Shown here in pieces: positions 8,285-20,393 of a DNA stretch of 42,265 nt (positions are counted from its first letter, which is position 1; the number at the start of each line of letters is the position of its first letter). The notes beneath the pieces are model-generated. The model was not told the DNA's origin. It worked only from the letters and a program-made list of their open reading frames with translations, and did no database searches. The translations under genes and the position numbers were made by a program. This stretch comes from Eubacteriales bacterium (lineage in GTDB: Bacteria; Bacillota; Clostridia; Oscillospirales; UBA644), in NCBI GenBank assembly GCA_045629205.1, contig JAZQQT010000154.1, forward strand, positions 1 through 42,265, given 5' to 3'.

Positions 8285-9610
8285 ATGACCAGTTTTAAAG
8301 ATTTATGGAATTTAACGGTCGAAAATCTAAACGGCAAATTCAGCCCGAACGTGATGGAGCTGTGGATCAACCCTGCTGTTCCTGTGGAATTTGACGGCAA
8401 TGCCGCTGTAATTTCGGTTGAATCACCGTTTCATCGCGAAATGTTATTATCAAAATATTCAGAAGAGATAAAACGGGCATTATTTGAGGTTTCGGGAATA
8501 GAAATGGACTTAAAAATAGTTTTACCCGAAACAAATGTTCAGCCTTCCGAAGACGGCAATGAAAAAAAGGAAATTTTATCGGAAATCGAAAACAGACTTG
8601 TTTCTGAATATACTTTCGACAGTTTTGTTGTAGGCGAATCAAACCGCCACGCATATGCAGCGTGTTATAATGTCGCGAAAAAACCTTTTAAAGCATATAA
8701 TCCGCTTTTTGTTTACGGAAACTCCGGTCTCGGAAAAACTCATCTGCTGAAAGCAATTAAATCCCGTATAAACGAACTGTATCCGTCTCTTTCCGTATTA
8801 TATATCAACTGTGAAACATTCGTAAATGAACTGATAGAACATCTTCAGAATAAAACCATGACCGAATTTCGTGAAAAATATAGGGATACTGATGTTCTTA
8901 TCATAGATGATATTCAGTTTATTTCGGGTAAAGTTTCTACCCAAACCGAATTTTTCTATACGTTTAATACATTATACGAAAGCGGAAAACAGATCATTAT
9001 TTCTTCGGATCGTCCTCCGAAAGACATTTCCGAACTTGAAGAACGACTCAAATCGCGTTTTGAATCGGGACTGATGACCGATATAGTTGTCCCGGAATAC
9101 GAATTGAAAGTTGCAATTCTCAGGCAAAAAGCCGCATCAAACTCGGTTAATATTCCTGATGATGTAATTGATTATATCGCAACTCATATAAAACATAATA
9201 TAAGACAGCTTGAAGGAGTGGTAAAAAAACTCCATGCTTTCAGTTTTATGTCAGATGCTCCTATAAATATTTCGGCTGCTCAAAGTGCAATCAAGGATAT
9301 CACAAATGACGGACAGCCCATTCCGGATTTAGTAGAAAAAGTAATTCAGAAGGTTTCTGTTGAATTTCAGGTTTCTCCGGATGACATAAAAAGCAATAAA
9401 CGTCAGGCAACCGTTACACTGGCCCGTCAGGTCGCAATGTATATTATAAGAGATATAACATCTCTTTCAAATACCGACATCGGAAAGTTTTTTTCAAATC
9501 GTGACCATGCAACCGTATTTCATTCGATTGAAAAAATTGAAGATAAAATAGAAGAAAATCAATCTTTTTCTTCCCAAGTCAATCTTCTTATTCAGGAAAT
9601 AAACAATTAA
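8285..9610 (+). CDS. dnaA: Chromosomal replication initiator protein DnaA
   Basis: 441-aa ORF with AAA+ Walker A GNSGLGKTHLL, Walker B LIIDDIQF, and a C-terminal DNA-binding domain (ARQVAMYIIRDIT...DHATVFHSIEKI). Confidence 0.98.
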   Translation: MTSFKDLWNLTVENLNGKFSPNVMELWINPAVPVEFDGNAAVISVESPFHREMLLSKYSEEIKRALFEVSGIEMDLKIVLPETNVQPSEDGNEKKEILSEIENRLVSEYTFDSFVVGESNRHAYAACYNVAKKPFKAYNPLFVYGNSGLGKTHLLKAIKSRINELYPSLSVLYINCETFVNELIEHLQNKTMTEFREKYRDTDVLIIDDIQFISGKVSTQTEFFYTFNTLYESGKQIIISSDRPPKDISELEERLKSRFESGLMTDIVVPEYELKVAILRQKAASNSVNIPDDVIDYIATHIKHNIRQLEGVVKKLHAFSFMSDAPINISAAQSAIKDITNDGQPIPDLVEKVIQKVSVEFQVSPDDIKSNKRQATVTLARQVAMYIIRDITSLSNTDIGKFFSNRDHATVFHSIEKIEDKIEENQSFSSQVNLLIQEINN

Positions 9611-9845
9611 AGAAAAAAACTTTACTTTTCCGGGTTTTCAACATTATAAACACATATCAACAGTGTGTTTATCGGTAAAAACTTTTTACTCCTGTCTGAT
9701 ATAGTTTTTATAATTTTTTTACCGTTTTATCAACGTTGAATTTTACGCAGTATTATAATAAAAAAAACTGTTTTCAACAGTTTTCACAACCCCTATTACT
9801 AATACGAAACTGATTATTTATTGATTTAATAGAAAGGATACAACC
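9611..9845. other. oriC (dnaA-dnaN spacer): degenerate DnaA-box cluster, GC cluster, A-centred triplets, AT-rich DUE candidate
   Basis: 235-nt non-coding spacer in the canonical Bacillota oriC position. It holds five same-orientation 9-mers resembling TTATCCACA: TTTTCAACA (9635-9643), ATATCAACA (9654-9662), TTATCAACG (9727-9735), TTTTCAACA (9771-9779) and TTTTCACAA (9781-9789). These are followed by CCCC (9790-9793), the triplets TAT TAC TAA TAC GAA (9794-9808) and an A/T-rich run up to the dnaN RBS. Confidence 0.6.
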
Positions 9846-10979
9846 ATGAAATTTTCCTGTGAAAAAAACATTTTAGGCGAAGCAATATCCAAAGTAATAA
9901 AAATCATACCGTCAAAAGCCACAATTCAGGCAATAGAAGGTATCTTGTTTCATTTGTATGACGACGGAATCTTAAAACTCACAGGATTTGATTTTACCGT
10001 CGGAATCGAAACGACTATCTCTGTAGATGATGCTGAACCCGGATCAATAATAATTAATGCAAAAATGATTTTTGATATTCTTGCAAATATTCCGTCCGGA
10101 ACAGTATATTTCGAATCAAAAGATAATAAAACCGTAAAAATCGTATGCGGGAATCTGGATTATACACTTGTATGTCTTGACGGAGATATTTTTCCGAATA
10201 TTCCTATAGTAGAAAACAAAAGCAGACTTGAAATAAAACAAAGTGTTTTTTCGGGAATGATAAGAAAAACTTCGGCAACAGTTATGATGAGCGATATAAA
10301 TCCTGTTTTAAAAGGGATAATGCTTAAAACGGAAAACAATAAGCTCACAATGGTTTCAAGTGATACATACAGATTGTCAATTTGCAATTATGAGGGAGAA
10401 TATACCAATCAGACCGGTGAAGAAATAAAAAATATCATACCCGGAAGAGCCCTTTCTGAATTAACTAAACTTTTTGATTCGGAAGAAAAAGACGAAAACG
10501 TGATTATTACTCTTTCCGAGAATCACTGTTCTTTTGAAACAGGCAGTTTCCGGATGGTAACTTCACTGATCAAAGGAGAGTTTGTCAATTACAGCAGAGT
10601 AAAACCGGCATCATTCAAAACAAAAGTAAAAATCAGAAGAGAAGACCTGATTGCCGCTGTTACAAGAGCATCGCTTTTGCTCGTTAATGAAAAGCTTACG
10701 ACGCCGATCAGATTTTCTTTCGAATTCGATCATGTGATTATATCATTATATAAAGAAAACGGGCAGAGATATACAGACGAAGTTAAGATAGAAATAGACG
10801 GTGAAAATTACGAAATAGGATTCAATAACAGACATCTTCTCGGAATTCTTTCATGTATAGACGACGAGTATATATATCTTCAGACCAACAGCGCTCTTCT
10901 TCCCGCTTCAATTACTCCGATAGAAGGAGAAGAATATTATTATCTTCTTTCGCCTATGAGATTGAATAATAAAAAATAA
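9846..10979 (+). CDS. dnaN: DNA polymerase III beta subunit (sliding clamp)
   Basis: 377-aa ORF with three-domain clamp length and sequence (MKFSCEKN..., VSSDTYRLS, ...LLSPMRL), in the conserved position after dnaA. Confidence 0.96.
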   Translation: MKFSCEKNILGEAISKVIKIIPSKATIQAIEGILFHLYDDGILKLTGFDFTVGIETTISVDDAEPGSIIINAKMIFDILANIPSGTVYFESKDNKTVKIVCGNLDYTLVCLDGDIFPNIPIVENKSRLEIKQSVFSGMIRKTSATVMMSDINPVLKGIMLKTENNKLTMVSSDTYRLSICNYEGEYTNQTGEEIKNIIPGRALSELTKLFDSEEKDENVIITLSENHCSFETGSFRMVTSLIKGEFVNYSRVKPASFKTKVKIRREDLIAAVTRASLLLVNEKLTTPIRFSFEFDHVIISLYKENGQRYTDEVKIEIDGENYEIGFNNRHLLGILSCIDDEYIYLQTNSALLPASITPIEGEEYYYLLSPMRLNNKK

Positions 10980-12077
10980 ATGAATATAAAACTTCTCAGA
11001 GTTAAAGATTACAGAAATTTAGAAGATACCGAAATAGAATTTTCCGACGGAATAAATGTTTTCACCGGAGAAAATGCACAGGGAAAAACAAATATTCTCG
11101 AGGCGGTATGGTATTTTTCCGCATGTAAATCTTTCAGATGTTCCGACGATAAAGAGTTTATAAAAGACGGAAAAACAGTAACTGTTATTGAATCAGTATT
11201 TAATGAAAATAACCGTGATAACGAAGCAAGGATTGTTATTTCAACAGATAAACGTCGTGAAATCAAAAAAAATGACGTAAAAATCAAAGCTTCCGAAATG
11301 ATCGGATCATTTAAAACCGTTATTTTTTTCCCCGAACAGTTGTTTCTTGTAAAAGGAAGTTCGGAACAGCGCAGAAAATTTCTTGATTTCGCCATTTCAC
11401 AGTTAAAACCGAAGTATATAGAATATCTGTCGAAATACAATAAAATATTAACGCAAAAAAATTATATGCTTCGCAATAACAGAGAAGAAATAAAGGATAC
11501 GATATCACAATGGAATTATGCGCTTGCTGGATACGGAGCATATATTACGGTTATAAGAAACAGTTATATAGAAAAACTCAAACCGATTGCAGAAAGAGTA
11601 TGTTCCGAAATATCCGACGGAAGAGATAAGCTTGAATTATTTTTTGAAGCGTCATATAACTCTTCGGAGATCTTTGATTATACCGTTGAAGAATATAAAA
11701 ATCTGTTATTTGAAAAAATGGAATCCATTTCTACCGAAGAAATCAATTCCGGTCATTCACTTATAGGAAGTCATCGCGATGATTTTTCATTTTCGATTAA
11801 CGGAAAATCGGCAAAAACATTGGCGTCTCAGGGTCAACAAAGATCATGCGTTATTTCCTTAAAAGAAGCCGAAGCCGATTTGATAAAAGAAGTATCTGGA
11901 GAATATCCCGTTCTTTTATACGACGATGTATTTTCAGAACTTGATGCAACAAGAAAAAAATATTTATTGAATAAATTATGTAATAAACAGGTAATCCTTA
12001 CATGCTGCGAAAACATTGACGGATACAATACAATGAACGGTAAAATTTTTACTGTCAGCGGCGGAAAGGTATTTTAA
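10980..12077 (+). CDS. recF: DNA replication and repair protein RecF
   Basis: 365-aa ORF with Walker A GENAQGKTNILEA, an SMC-type signature (SQGQQRS) and Walker B VLLYDDVFSELD. The ATG directly abuts the dnaN stop, so no S4-domain yaaA-type gene lies between them. Confidence 0.96.
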   Translation: MNIKLLRVKDYRNLEDTEIEFSDGINVFTGENAQGKTNILEAVWYFSACKSFRCSDDKEFIKDGKTVTVIESVFNENNRDNEARIVISTDKRREIKKNDVKIKASEMIGSFKTVIFFPEQLFLVKGSSEQRRKFLDFAISQLKPKYIEYLSKYNKILTQKNYMLRNNREEIKDTISQWNYALAGYGAYITVIRNSYIEKLKPIAERVCSEISDGRDKLELFFEASYNSSEIFDYTVEEYKNLLFEKMESISTEEINSGHSLIGSHRDDFSFSINGKSAKTLASQGQQRSCVISLKEAEADLIKEVSGEYPVLLYDDVFSELDATRKKYLLNKLCNKQVILTCCENIDGYNTMNGKIFTVSGGKVF

Positions 12078-12078
12078 A

Positions 12079-12342
12079 ATGTTCGTTAACATCGGAGCAA
12101 ATACGATAATCAAAAAAAAAGATATAATAGCGGTTTTTGATATCGAAACTACAACCGGATCTGAAACGACAAGGGAATATCTCAGGAGATCGAATAAACG
12201 GAGTGAAATTGTCACTTTAACGGAAGATTTGCCGAGAGCTATGGTTCTTTGCAACAGCAGAAACGGTATGGCTTTATATATTACCGATGTTTCGTCGGCA
12301 GCCATAAAAAGAAGAATGGCAGATAATCATTCTGGCATATAA
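12079..12342 (+). CDS. remB: DUF370 family protein (RemB/YaaB-like)
   Basis: 87-aa ORF in the conserved recF-yaaB-gyrB slot. The N-terminus VNIGANTIIKKKDIIAVFD resembles the DUF370 pattern. Confidence 0.7.
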   Translation: MFVNIGANTIIKKKDIIAVFDIETTTGSETTREYLRRSNKRSEIVTLTEDLPRAMVLCNSRNGMALYITDVSSAAIKRRMADNHSGI

Positions 12343-14319
<1,977 letters not shown>

Positions 14320-14331
14320 GGAGGAAATATT

Positions 14332-16944
14332 ATGGCAAAAAGAAAAAATGTTGATTACAAGCCCGAAGACATAATGTTTCCGGATCAGTTGATAAATTCC
14401 ACTGAACTCGTCCATGAAATGAAAACGAGTTATATAGAATATGCCATGTCCGTTATCGTCGGAAGAGCTCTTCCCGACGTTCGTGACGGTTTAAAACCCG
14501 TTCACAGAAGAATTCTTTATGCAATGTATGAAGACGGACTTACAAAAGATAAGCCTTTCAGAAAATGCGCAACCGCAGTAGGCGATGTTCTCGGACGTTA
14601 TCATCCTCACGGTGACGCATCTGTTTACGATGCTCTTGTTCGTCTTGCTCAGGATTTTTCACTCAGATATCCGCTTATAGACGGTCACGGTAACTTCGGC
14701 TCAATCGACGGAGACCCGCCTGCCGCTTATCGTTATACCGAAGCAAGAATGTCCAAAATTGCAGATGAAATGCTCCGTGATATTGATAAAGACACCGTTG
14801 ACTGGGATCCTAACTTCGACGAGACACGCAAAGAACCGCGTGTTCTTCCTTCAAGATTCCCCAATCTTCTTGTAAACGGTTCGTCCGGTATTGCCGTCGG
14901 TATGGCAACAAATATTCCTCCGCACAATCTCCGTGAAGTAATTGACGCAACGATTTTGGTAATGGACAATCCCGATGCCACACTTGACGATCTTCTTTCA
15001 TGCGTCAGCGGTCCGGATTTTCCGACAAAAGGGATTATTCTCGGGAGAAGAGGAATAAGAGCTGCATACGCAACCGGAAAAGGCTATATAACAGTCCGCG
15101 CCAGAACTGAATTTGAAGAATTCAACAAAGATCGCACGAGAATTATTGTAACGGAGCTTCCGTATCAGGTCAATAAGAGACAGCTTATTTCCAATATAGC
15201 CGCTCAGGTCAGAGAAAAACATTTGGAAGGCATCTCGGATCTTCGTGACGAATCAGACAGAAACGGTATGCGTATAGTAATTGAAATCAAAAAAGATGCT
15301 AACGCAAATGTCGTTCTCAATACTCTTTTTAAACAAACGCAAATGCAGACTACTTTTGCGGTAAGTATGCTTGCACTCGTCAATAATCAGACTCAGCCGA
15401 GAATTTTGTCTTTAAGACATATTATCGACGAATATATTGCCTTCCAGAAGGAAATAATCATCAGAAGAACGAAATACGATCTCAAAAAGGCGATGGAACG
15501 TTCTCATCTTCTCGAAGGTCTTCTCATAGCGCAGGAAAATATAGACGAAGTTATAAGAATAATCAGAAATTCTTACGATGATGCCAAAGAAAATCTTATG
15601 GCAAGATTCGGGCTTTCGGATATTCAGGCTTCTGCTATTCTCGAAATGAGATTAAAAGCTCTTCAGGGACTTGAAGAAGAAAAACTCAGAGCAGAATACG
15701 ATGAACTGCAGAAAAAGATTCAGTATTACAATGAGTTGCTTAATTCTGATAAACTTCTTATGTCCGTTCTCAAAGACGAACTTACGGAAATCAAAGAAAA
15801 ATTCGGAAACGACAGACTTACCGAGATTCAGGATGTAGAAGGCGAAATCGATATCGAAGACCTTATTCCTGAAAAGACATGTGTTTATACGATCACACAC
15901 TTCGGATATATCAAACGTATTCCCGAAGAAACGTATAAGGTTCAGAATCGCGGAGGAAAAGGTATTGCTGCGATGAAAACCCGTGAGGAAGACTTTGCCG
16001 AACAGGTTATTATCGGTTCTTCTCACGAATTACTGTTGTTCTTTACTTCAAAGGGCAGAGTATTCAAAATCAAGGGTTACGAAATTCCCGAGAGTTCAAG
16101 AACCTCGAGAGGCATGAATATAGTTAATCTTCTTCAGCTTGCCGAAGGTGAAAAAGTAACCGCAATCATTCCGATAAAGGAAATCGACGAAGATCTGTAT
16201 TTCAATATGATTACTCTTCGCGGTATTTCCAAGAGAACTTCTCTTGCCGCATTTAAGAATATTCGTAAAACAGGCCTTAATGCCGTTGATCTTAACGAAG
16301 GTGACGAACTTGTCGCCGTCAGACTTACCGACGGAAATCAGACTATGCTTGTTGCTACCCACGACGGTATGGCAATCAGATATAACGAAAACGATGTCCG
16401 TTCAATGGGAAGAAATGCCCGCGGCGTAAGAGCGATCAGACTTGCCGACGGAGATTTTGTAATCGGTATGATTTCAATGACCGAGGGTCAGACGGTTCTT
16501 ACCGTAACAGAAGGAGGATACGGTAAACGTTCGCCTGTTGATTGTTATAATATCCAGAGAAGAGGCGGAAAAGGCGTTCGAGGCCATAAGATATCCGAAA
16601 AGACCGGAAAACTCTGTTCTCTCAGAATAGTTGATGAAAACGAAGATTTAATCGTTATTTCATCTGACGGTATTATTATCAGAATCCGCATGACGAGTAT
16701 CCCGACTTACGGAAGGACTTCCGGCGGCGTTCGTATTATGAAATTCAAAGACGAAGGTGCATACGTAGTAAATACTGCATCACTGCTTTCTTCACCGGAT
16801 GAAGAAGTTGACGAGCTTGAGATTTCGGAAGAAGACCGTGCCGCTGCCGAAAGCGAAGAAAAAGAAATCGAGACCGAAGTTATAGAAGAAGAACCGATCG
16901 AAGACGAAGAAACAGAAAATTCAGAAACGGAAGAACAGGAATAA
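14332..16944 (+). CDS. gyrA: DNA gyrase subunit A
   Basis: 870-aa ORF with [12 protein letters not shown], a QRDR-like [14 protein letters not shown], the active-site region [10 protein letters not shown], a beta-pinwheel C-terminal domain, and a 50-aa acidic tail. Confidence 0.98.
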   Translation: MAKRKNVDYKPEDIMFPDQLINSTELVHEMKTSYIEYAMSVIVGRALPDVRDGLKPVHRRILYAMYEDGLTKDKPFRKCATAVGDVLGRYHPHGDASVYDALVRLAQDFSLRYPLIDGHGNFGSIDGDPPAAYRYTEARMSKIADEMLRDIDKDTVDWDPNFDETRKEPRVLPSRFPNLLVNGSSGIAVGMATNIPPHNLREVIDATILVMDNPDATLDDLLSCVSGPDFPTKGIILGRRGIRAAYATGKGYITVRARTEFEEFNKDRTRIIVTELPYQVNKRQLISNIAAQVREKHLEGISDLRDESDRNGMRIVIEIKKDANANVVLNTLFKQTQMQTTFAVSMLALVNNQTQPRILSLRHIIDEYIAFQKEIIIRRTKYDLKKAMERSHLLEGLLIAQENIDEVIRIIRNSYDDAKENLMARFGLSDIQASAILEMRLKALQGLEEEKLRAEYDELQKKIQYYNELLNSDKLLMSVLKDELTEIKEKFGNDRLTEIQDVEGEIDIEDLIPEKTCVYTITHFGYIKRIPEETYKVQNRGGKGIAAMKTREEDFAEQVIIGSSHELLLFFTSKGRVFKIKGYEIPESSRTSRGMNIVNLLQLAEGEKVTAIIPIKEIDEDLYFNMITLRGISKRTSLAAFKNIRKTGLNAVDLNEGDELVAVRLTDGNQTMLVATHDGMAIRYNENDVRSMGRNARGVRAIRLADGDFVIGMISMTEGQTVLTVTEGGYGKRSPVDCYNIQRRGGKGVRGHKISEKTGKLCSLRIVDENEDLIVISSDGIIIRIRMTSIPTYGRTSGGVRIMKFKDEGAYVVNTASLLSSPDEEVDELEISEEDRAAAESEEKEIETEVIEEEPIEDEETENSETEEQE

Positions 16945-16948
16945 TAAT

Positions 16949-18352
16949 ATGGAAAACACACAGAAAACAATGGATAAAATCGTGTCTCTCTGCAAAGAAA
17001 GAGGATTTGTCTTTGCAGGAAGCGAAATCTACGGCGGACTTGCAAATACCTGGGACTACGGTCCTCTCGGTGCCGAACTCAAAAACAACATAAAAAAAGC
17101 TTGGTGGAAAAAATTCGTTCAGGAAAACAAATATAACGTCGGTCTTGACGCCGCCATTCTTATGAATCCGCAAACATGGGTCGCTTCCGGGCATCTTGCC
17201 GGATTCTCCGATCCTCTTATGGATTGCCGTGAATGTCATGAAAGATTCCGCGCCGACAAACTCATAGAAGATTGGTGCGGCGAAAACGCTGTTACTCTTC
17301 CCAAACCGATAGATGCATTTTCTCAGACCGAAATGAAGGAGTTTATTGAAACCAACAATATTCCCTGTCCTTCCTGCGGAAAACATAATTTTACAGATAT
17401 AAGACAGTTCAATCTTATGTTTAAAACTTTTCAGGGCGTTACCGAAGATGCTAAAAACACGGTTTATCTCCGTCCCGAAACAGCGCAGGGTATTTTTGTA
17501 AATTTTGCAAATGTTCAGAGATCTTCAAGAAAGAAATTGCCTTTCGGTATAGGACAGATCGGTAAATCCTTCCGTAACGAAATCACTCCCGGCAACTTTA
17601 TTTTCAGAGTTCGTGAATTCGAACAGATGGAACTTGAATTCTTCTGCAAACCCGGAACCGACCTCGAATGGTTCTCTTATTGGAGACAATTCTGTCATGA
17701 CTGGCTGCTTTCCATTGGTTTAAAAGATGAAAATATCCGTCTCCGCGATCATGATCCCGAAGAACTCTGTTTCTATTCAAAAGCAACAACAGACTTCGAA
17801 TTCCTTTTCCCGTTTGGTTGGGGTGAACTCTGGGGTGTTGCCGACAGAACGGATTACGACCTTACACAGCATCAGAATACTTCGGGAAAGGATCTTACAT
17901 ATTTTGATCAGGAAACAAACGAAAGATATATTCCATACGTTATAGAGCCTTCTCTCGGTGTTGAAAGAAGCTTCCTCGCAGTTCTTTGCGATGCTTATGA
18001 TGAAGAAGTGGTAGACGCCGAAAAGAATGATGTCAGAACGGTATTGCGTCTGCATCCCGCTCTTGCTCCTTTCAAAGCGGCAGTTCTTCCCCTTTCCAAA
18101 AAACTTTCCGAAAAAGCAGCTGAGATATGTGATGACCTCCAGAAATATTTTACTGTGGATTATGATGATGCCGGCTCTATCGGAAAGAGATACAGAAGAG
18201 AAGACGAAATCGGAACCCCGTTCTGCATAACTATTGACTTCGAAACCGAGAATGACGGTTGCGTAACAGTAAGAGAAAGAGATTCTATGCAGCAGGTCAG
18301 AATAAAAATCGAGGAGTTGCGCGAATATATCGCCTCCAGAATAGAATTGTAA
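16949..18352 (+). CDS. glyQS: Glycine--tRNA ligase (homodimeric GlyQS type)
   Basis: 467-aa ORF whose N-terminus ...[34 protein letters not shown] is typical of class II alpha2 GlyRS, with a C-terminal anticodon-binding domain. Starts 4 nt after the gyrA stop. Confidence 0.95.
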   Translation: MENTQKTMDKIVSLCKERGFVFAGSEIYGGLANTWDYGPLGAELKNNIKKAWWKKFVQENKYNVGLDAAILMNPQTWVASGHLAGFSDPLMDCRECHERFRADKLIEDWCGENAVTLPKPIDAFSQTEMKEFIETNNIPCPSCGKHNFTDIRQFNLMFKTFQGVTEDAKNTVYLRPETAQGIFVNFANVQRSSRKKLPFGIGQIGKSFRNEITPGNFIFRVREFEQMELEFFCKPGTDLEWFSYWRQFCHDWLLSIGLKDENIRLRDHDPEELCFYSKATTDFEFLFPFGWGELWGVADRTDYDLTQHQNTSGKDLTYFDQETNERYIPYVIEPSLGVERSFLAVLCDAYDEEVVDAEKNDVRTVLRLHPALAPFKAAVLPLSKKLSEKAAEICDDLQKYFTVDYDDAGSIGKRYRREDEIGTPFCITIDFETENDGCVTVRERDSMQQVRIKIEELREYIASRIEL

Positions 18353-18398
18353 CGTCCGTCATAGTTATTATTAAAAAAAGAAAAATGAGGATAAGATA

Positions 18399-19517
18399 AT
18401 GATAATTATAGACGAATATAAAGTTAAACTCAGAGATTTAAAAAAGCAAATAGATGAACTCGGCGTAGCGCTCGGTATAGACAGATTAAGACAACAGCTA
18501 ACAGAATATGAAGAAGAAGGAAAACGCCCGGATTTTTGGGACGATGTCGAAAAATCGCAAAAACTTCTTCAGAATCAGAAAATCGTTAAGGAACAGATTG
18601 ACAAATACGATGAACTGATTGCTTTTCATGAAGACACCGAAGCCCTTGTTGAGATGGTTGCCGAAGAAAAAGACGAAAGTTTTGACGACGAAATTGTAGC
18701 CGATGTTGCCTCTATTGAGAAACAAATCGCCGAGCAAACGCTTGAAACACTGTTGTCAGGTGAATATGACCATAACAACGCGATTCTTACATTCCATGCC
18801 GGTGCCGGCGGAACCGAAGCTCAGGACTGGGCATTGATGCTTTATAGGATGTATACCAGATTCGGTGAAAAACACAACTATAAAGTTAAAGTAATGGATA
18901 TTCTTGACGGAGATGAGGCCGGAATAAAAAGTGCTATGATTCTTATTGAGGGTATGAACGCTTACGGATATCTCAAATCGGAATCCGGTGTTCACCGTCT
19001 CGTAAGAATCTCGCCGTTTGACGCTTCCGGAAGAAGACATACATCGTTTGCATCGGTCGAAGTCATGCCGGAAATAGCCGACGATAATAATATAGAAATT
19101 CGTGAAGAAGATCTTGAAATCGAAGCTCACAGAGCATCTGGAGCAGGCGGACAGCATATTAACAAAACCGACTCCGCAATCCGTATTAAGCATATTCCGA
19201 CCGGTATTGTTGTCGGTTGTCAGAATGAAAGAAGCCAGAAGCAAAACAAAGAAATGGCTCTGAAAATGCTTAAGTCCAAGCTTCTCGAGATAAAAGAACG
19301 TGAGCATCTTGAAAAGATTGAAGATATCAAGGGCAGCCAGAAAGAAATCGCATGGGGTTCGCAGATACGTTCATATGTATTTATGCCTTATACTCTTGTA
19401 ACCGACCATCGCAGCGGATGGAAAGACGGAAATGTCAACGCGGTAATGGACGGCGATTTGGATGATTTTATAAACGAATATCTCAAATATCTTAAAAACG
19501 AATCTGCAAATAAATAA
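18399..19517 (+). CDS. prfB: Peptide chain release factor 2 (uninterrupted reading frame)
   Basis: 372-aa ORF with the RF2-specific SPF tripeptide (VRISPFDASGRRHTSF) and the GGQ motif (RASGAGGQHINKTDSA). GAGGA RBS 8 nt upstream of the ATG. Confidence 0.95.
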   Translation: MIIIDEYKVKLRDLKKQIDELGVALGIDRLRQQLTEYEEEGKRPDFWDDVEKSQKLLQNQKIVKEQIDKYDELIAFHEDTEALVEMVAEEKDESFDDEIVADVASIEKQIAEQTLETLLSGEYDHNNAILTFHAGAGGTEAQDWALMLYRMYTRFGEKHNYKVKVMDILDGDEAGIKSAMILIEGMNAYGYLKSESGVHRLVRISPFDASGRRHTSFASVEVMPEIADDNNIEIREEDLEIEAHRASGAGGQHINKTDSAIRIKHIPTGIVVGCQNERSQKQNKEMALKMLKSKLLEIKEREHLEKIEDIKGSQKEIAWGSQIRSYVFMPYTLVTDHRSGWKDGNVNAVMDGDLDDFINEYLKYLKNESANK

Positions 19518-19534
19518 TTGAAAGGGGTGCGTGT

Positions 19535-20383
19535 ATGAATCTTACATCAAAGAGCAGTATACAGCCCCTTCTTGAACGTTACGGCTTTTCTTTCAGCAAA
19601 AGTTTGGGACAGAATTTTTTGATTAACGCCGAAATCCCCCGTAAAATTGCCGAAGCGGGAACTTTTCCGGGCGGAGAATGTGATGTTATCGAAGTAGGAC
19701 CCGGAATCGGATGTCTTACCGTGGAATTGTCGAAAAAAGCAAAAAGAGTCGTAACATTTGAGATCGACAAAAAACTCATACCGGTGCTTGACGAAACTCT
19801 TTCCGACTGTCATAACGTGACCGTTATTAATGAAGATATAATGAAAGCGGATGTCGCAGCCGTTATAAAAGAGTATGACCTTAAAAATGTTTGTGTTTGC
19901 GCAAATCTTCCGTATTATATTACAACTCCGGTAATTATGAAATTTCTTGAAAGCGAAATTGATTGCAAACGAATTACCGTTATGATTCAAAAAGAAGTTG
20001 CCGACAGATTCTGCGCCGCTCCGGGTTCAGCGGAATATGGTTCCGTAACTGCATCGATAGCGTATTATGCAAACGTTGAAAAACATTTTAAGGTATCAGC
20101 AGATAATTTTATGCCGAGGCCTAAGGTCAATTCAACGGTAATTTCTTTTGTTCCACGTGAAACACCGCCTGTCGATGTCGATAAAAAGACTCTGTTCAGA
20201 GTCATTAAAGCCGCATTTGCTATGAGACGAAAAACACTGGCAAACAATCTCGCGGCGGAATTCGGTTTATCAAAAGACGATGCTCTGGCTATTTTGGCGG
20301 AGCTGGGTTTTCAGCCGACTGTCAGAGGCGAAGCTTTGTCTCTCGAAGAATATGCAAAAATAGCAAACAGAATTTATTTGTGA
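19535..20383 (+). CDS. rsmA: 16S rRNA (adenine1518/1519-N6)-dimethyltransferase RsmA/KsgA
   Basis: 282-aa ORF with LGQNFLIN, SAM-binding VIEVGPGIGCLT, and ANLPYYITTP. Confidence 0.95.
   Translation: MNLTSKSSIQPLLERYGFSFSKSLGQNFLINAEIPRKIAEAGTFPGGECDVIEVGPGIGCLTVELSKKAKRVVTFEIDKKLIPVLDETLSDCHNVTVINEDIMKADVAAVIKEYDLKNVCVCANLPYYITTPVIMKFLESEIDCKRITVMIQKEVADRFCAAPGSAEYGSVTASIAYYANVEKHFKVSADNFMPRPKVNSTVISFVPRETPPVDVDKKTLFRVIKAAFAMRRKTLANNLAAEFGLSKDDALAILAELGFQPTVRGEALSLEEYAKIANRIYL
20149..20164. promoter_or_regulatory. parS centromere-like site (perfect match to TGTTNCACGTGAAACA) inside rsmA
   Basis: The sequence reads tgttccacgtgaaaca, matching 16/16 positions of the Bacillota parS consensus (N = C). 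It encodes the VPRET segment of RsmA. Confidence 0.75.
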
Positions 20384-20393
20384 GGGTATTATC

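Noticed and set aside
18353-18398. A possible upstream short frame for a frameshifted prfB (atgaggataagataa).
   Set aside because: It is only 4 codons long and the downstream 372-aa ORF already contains the complete RF2 N-terminus in frame. GAGGA here serves as the prfB RBS.
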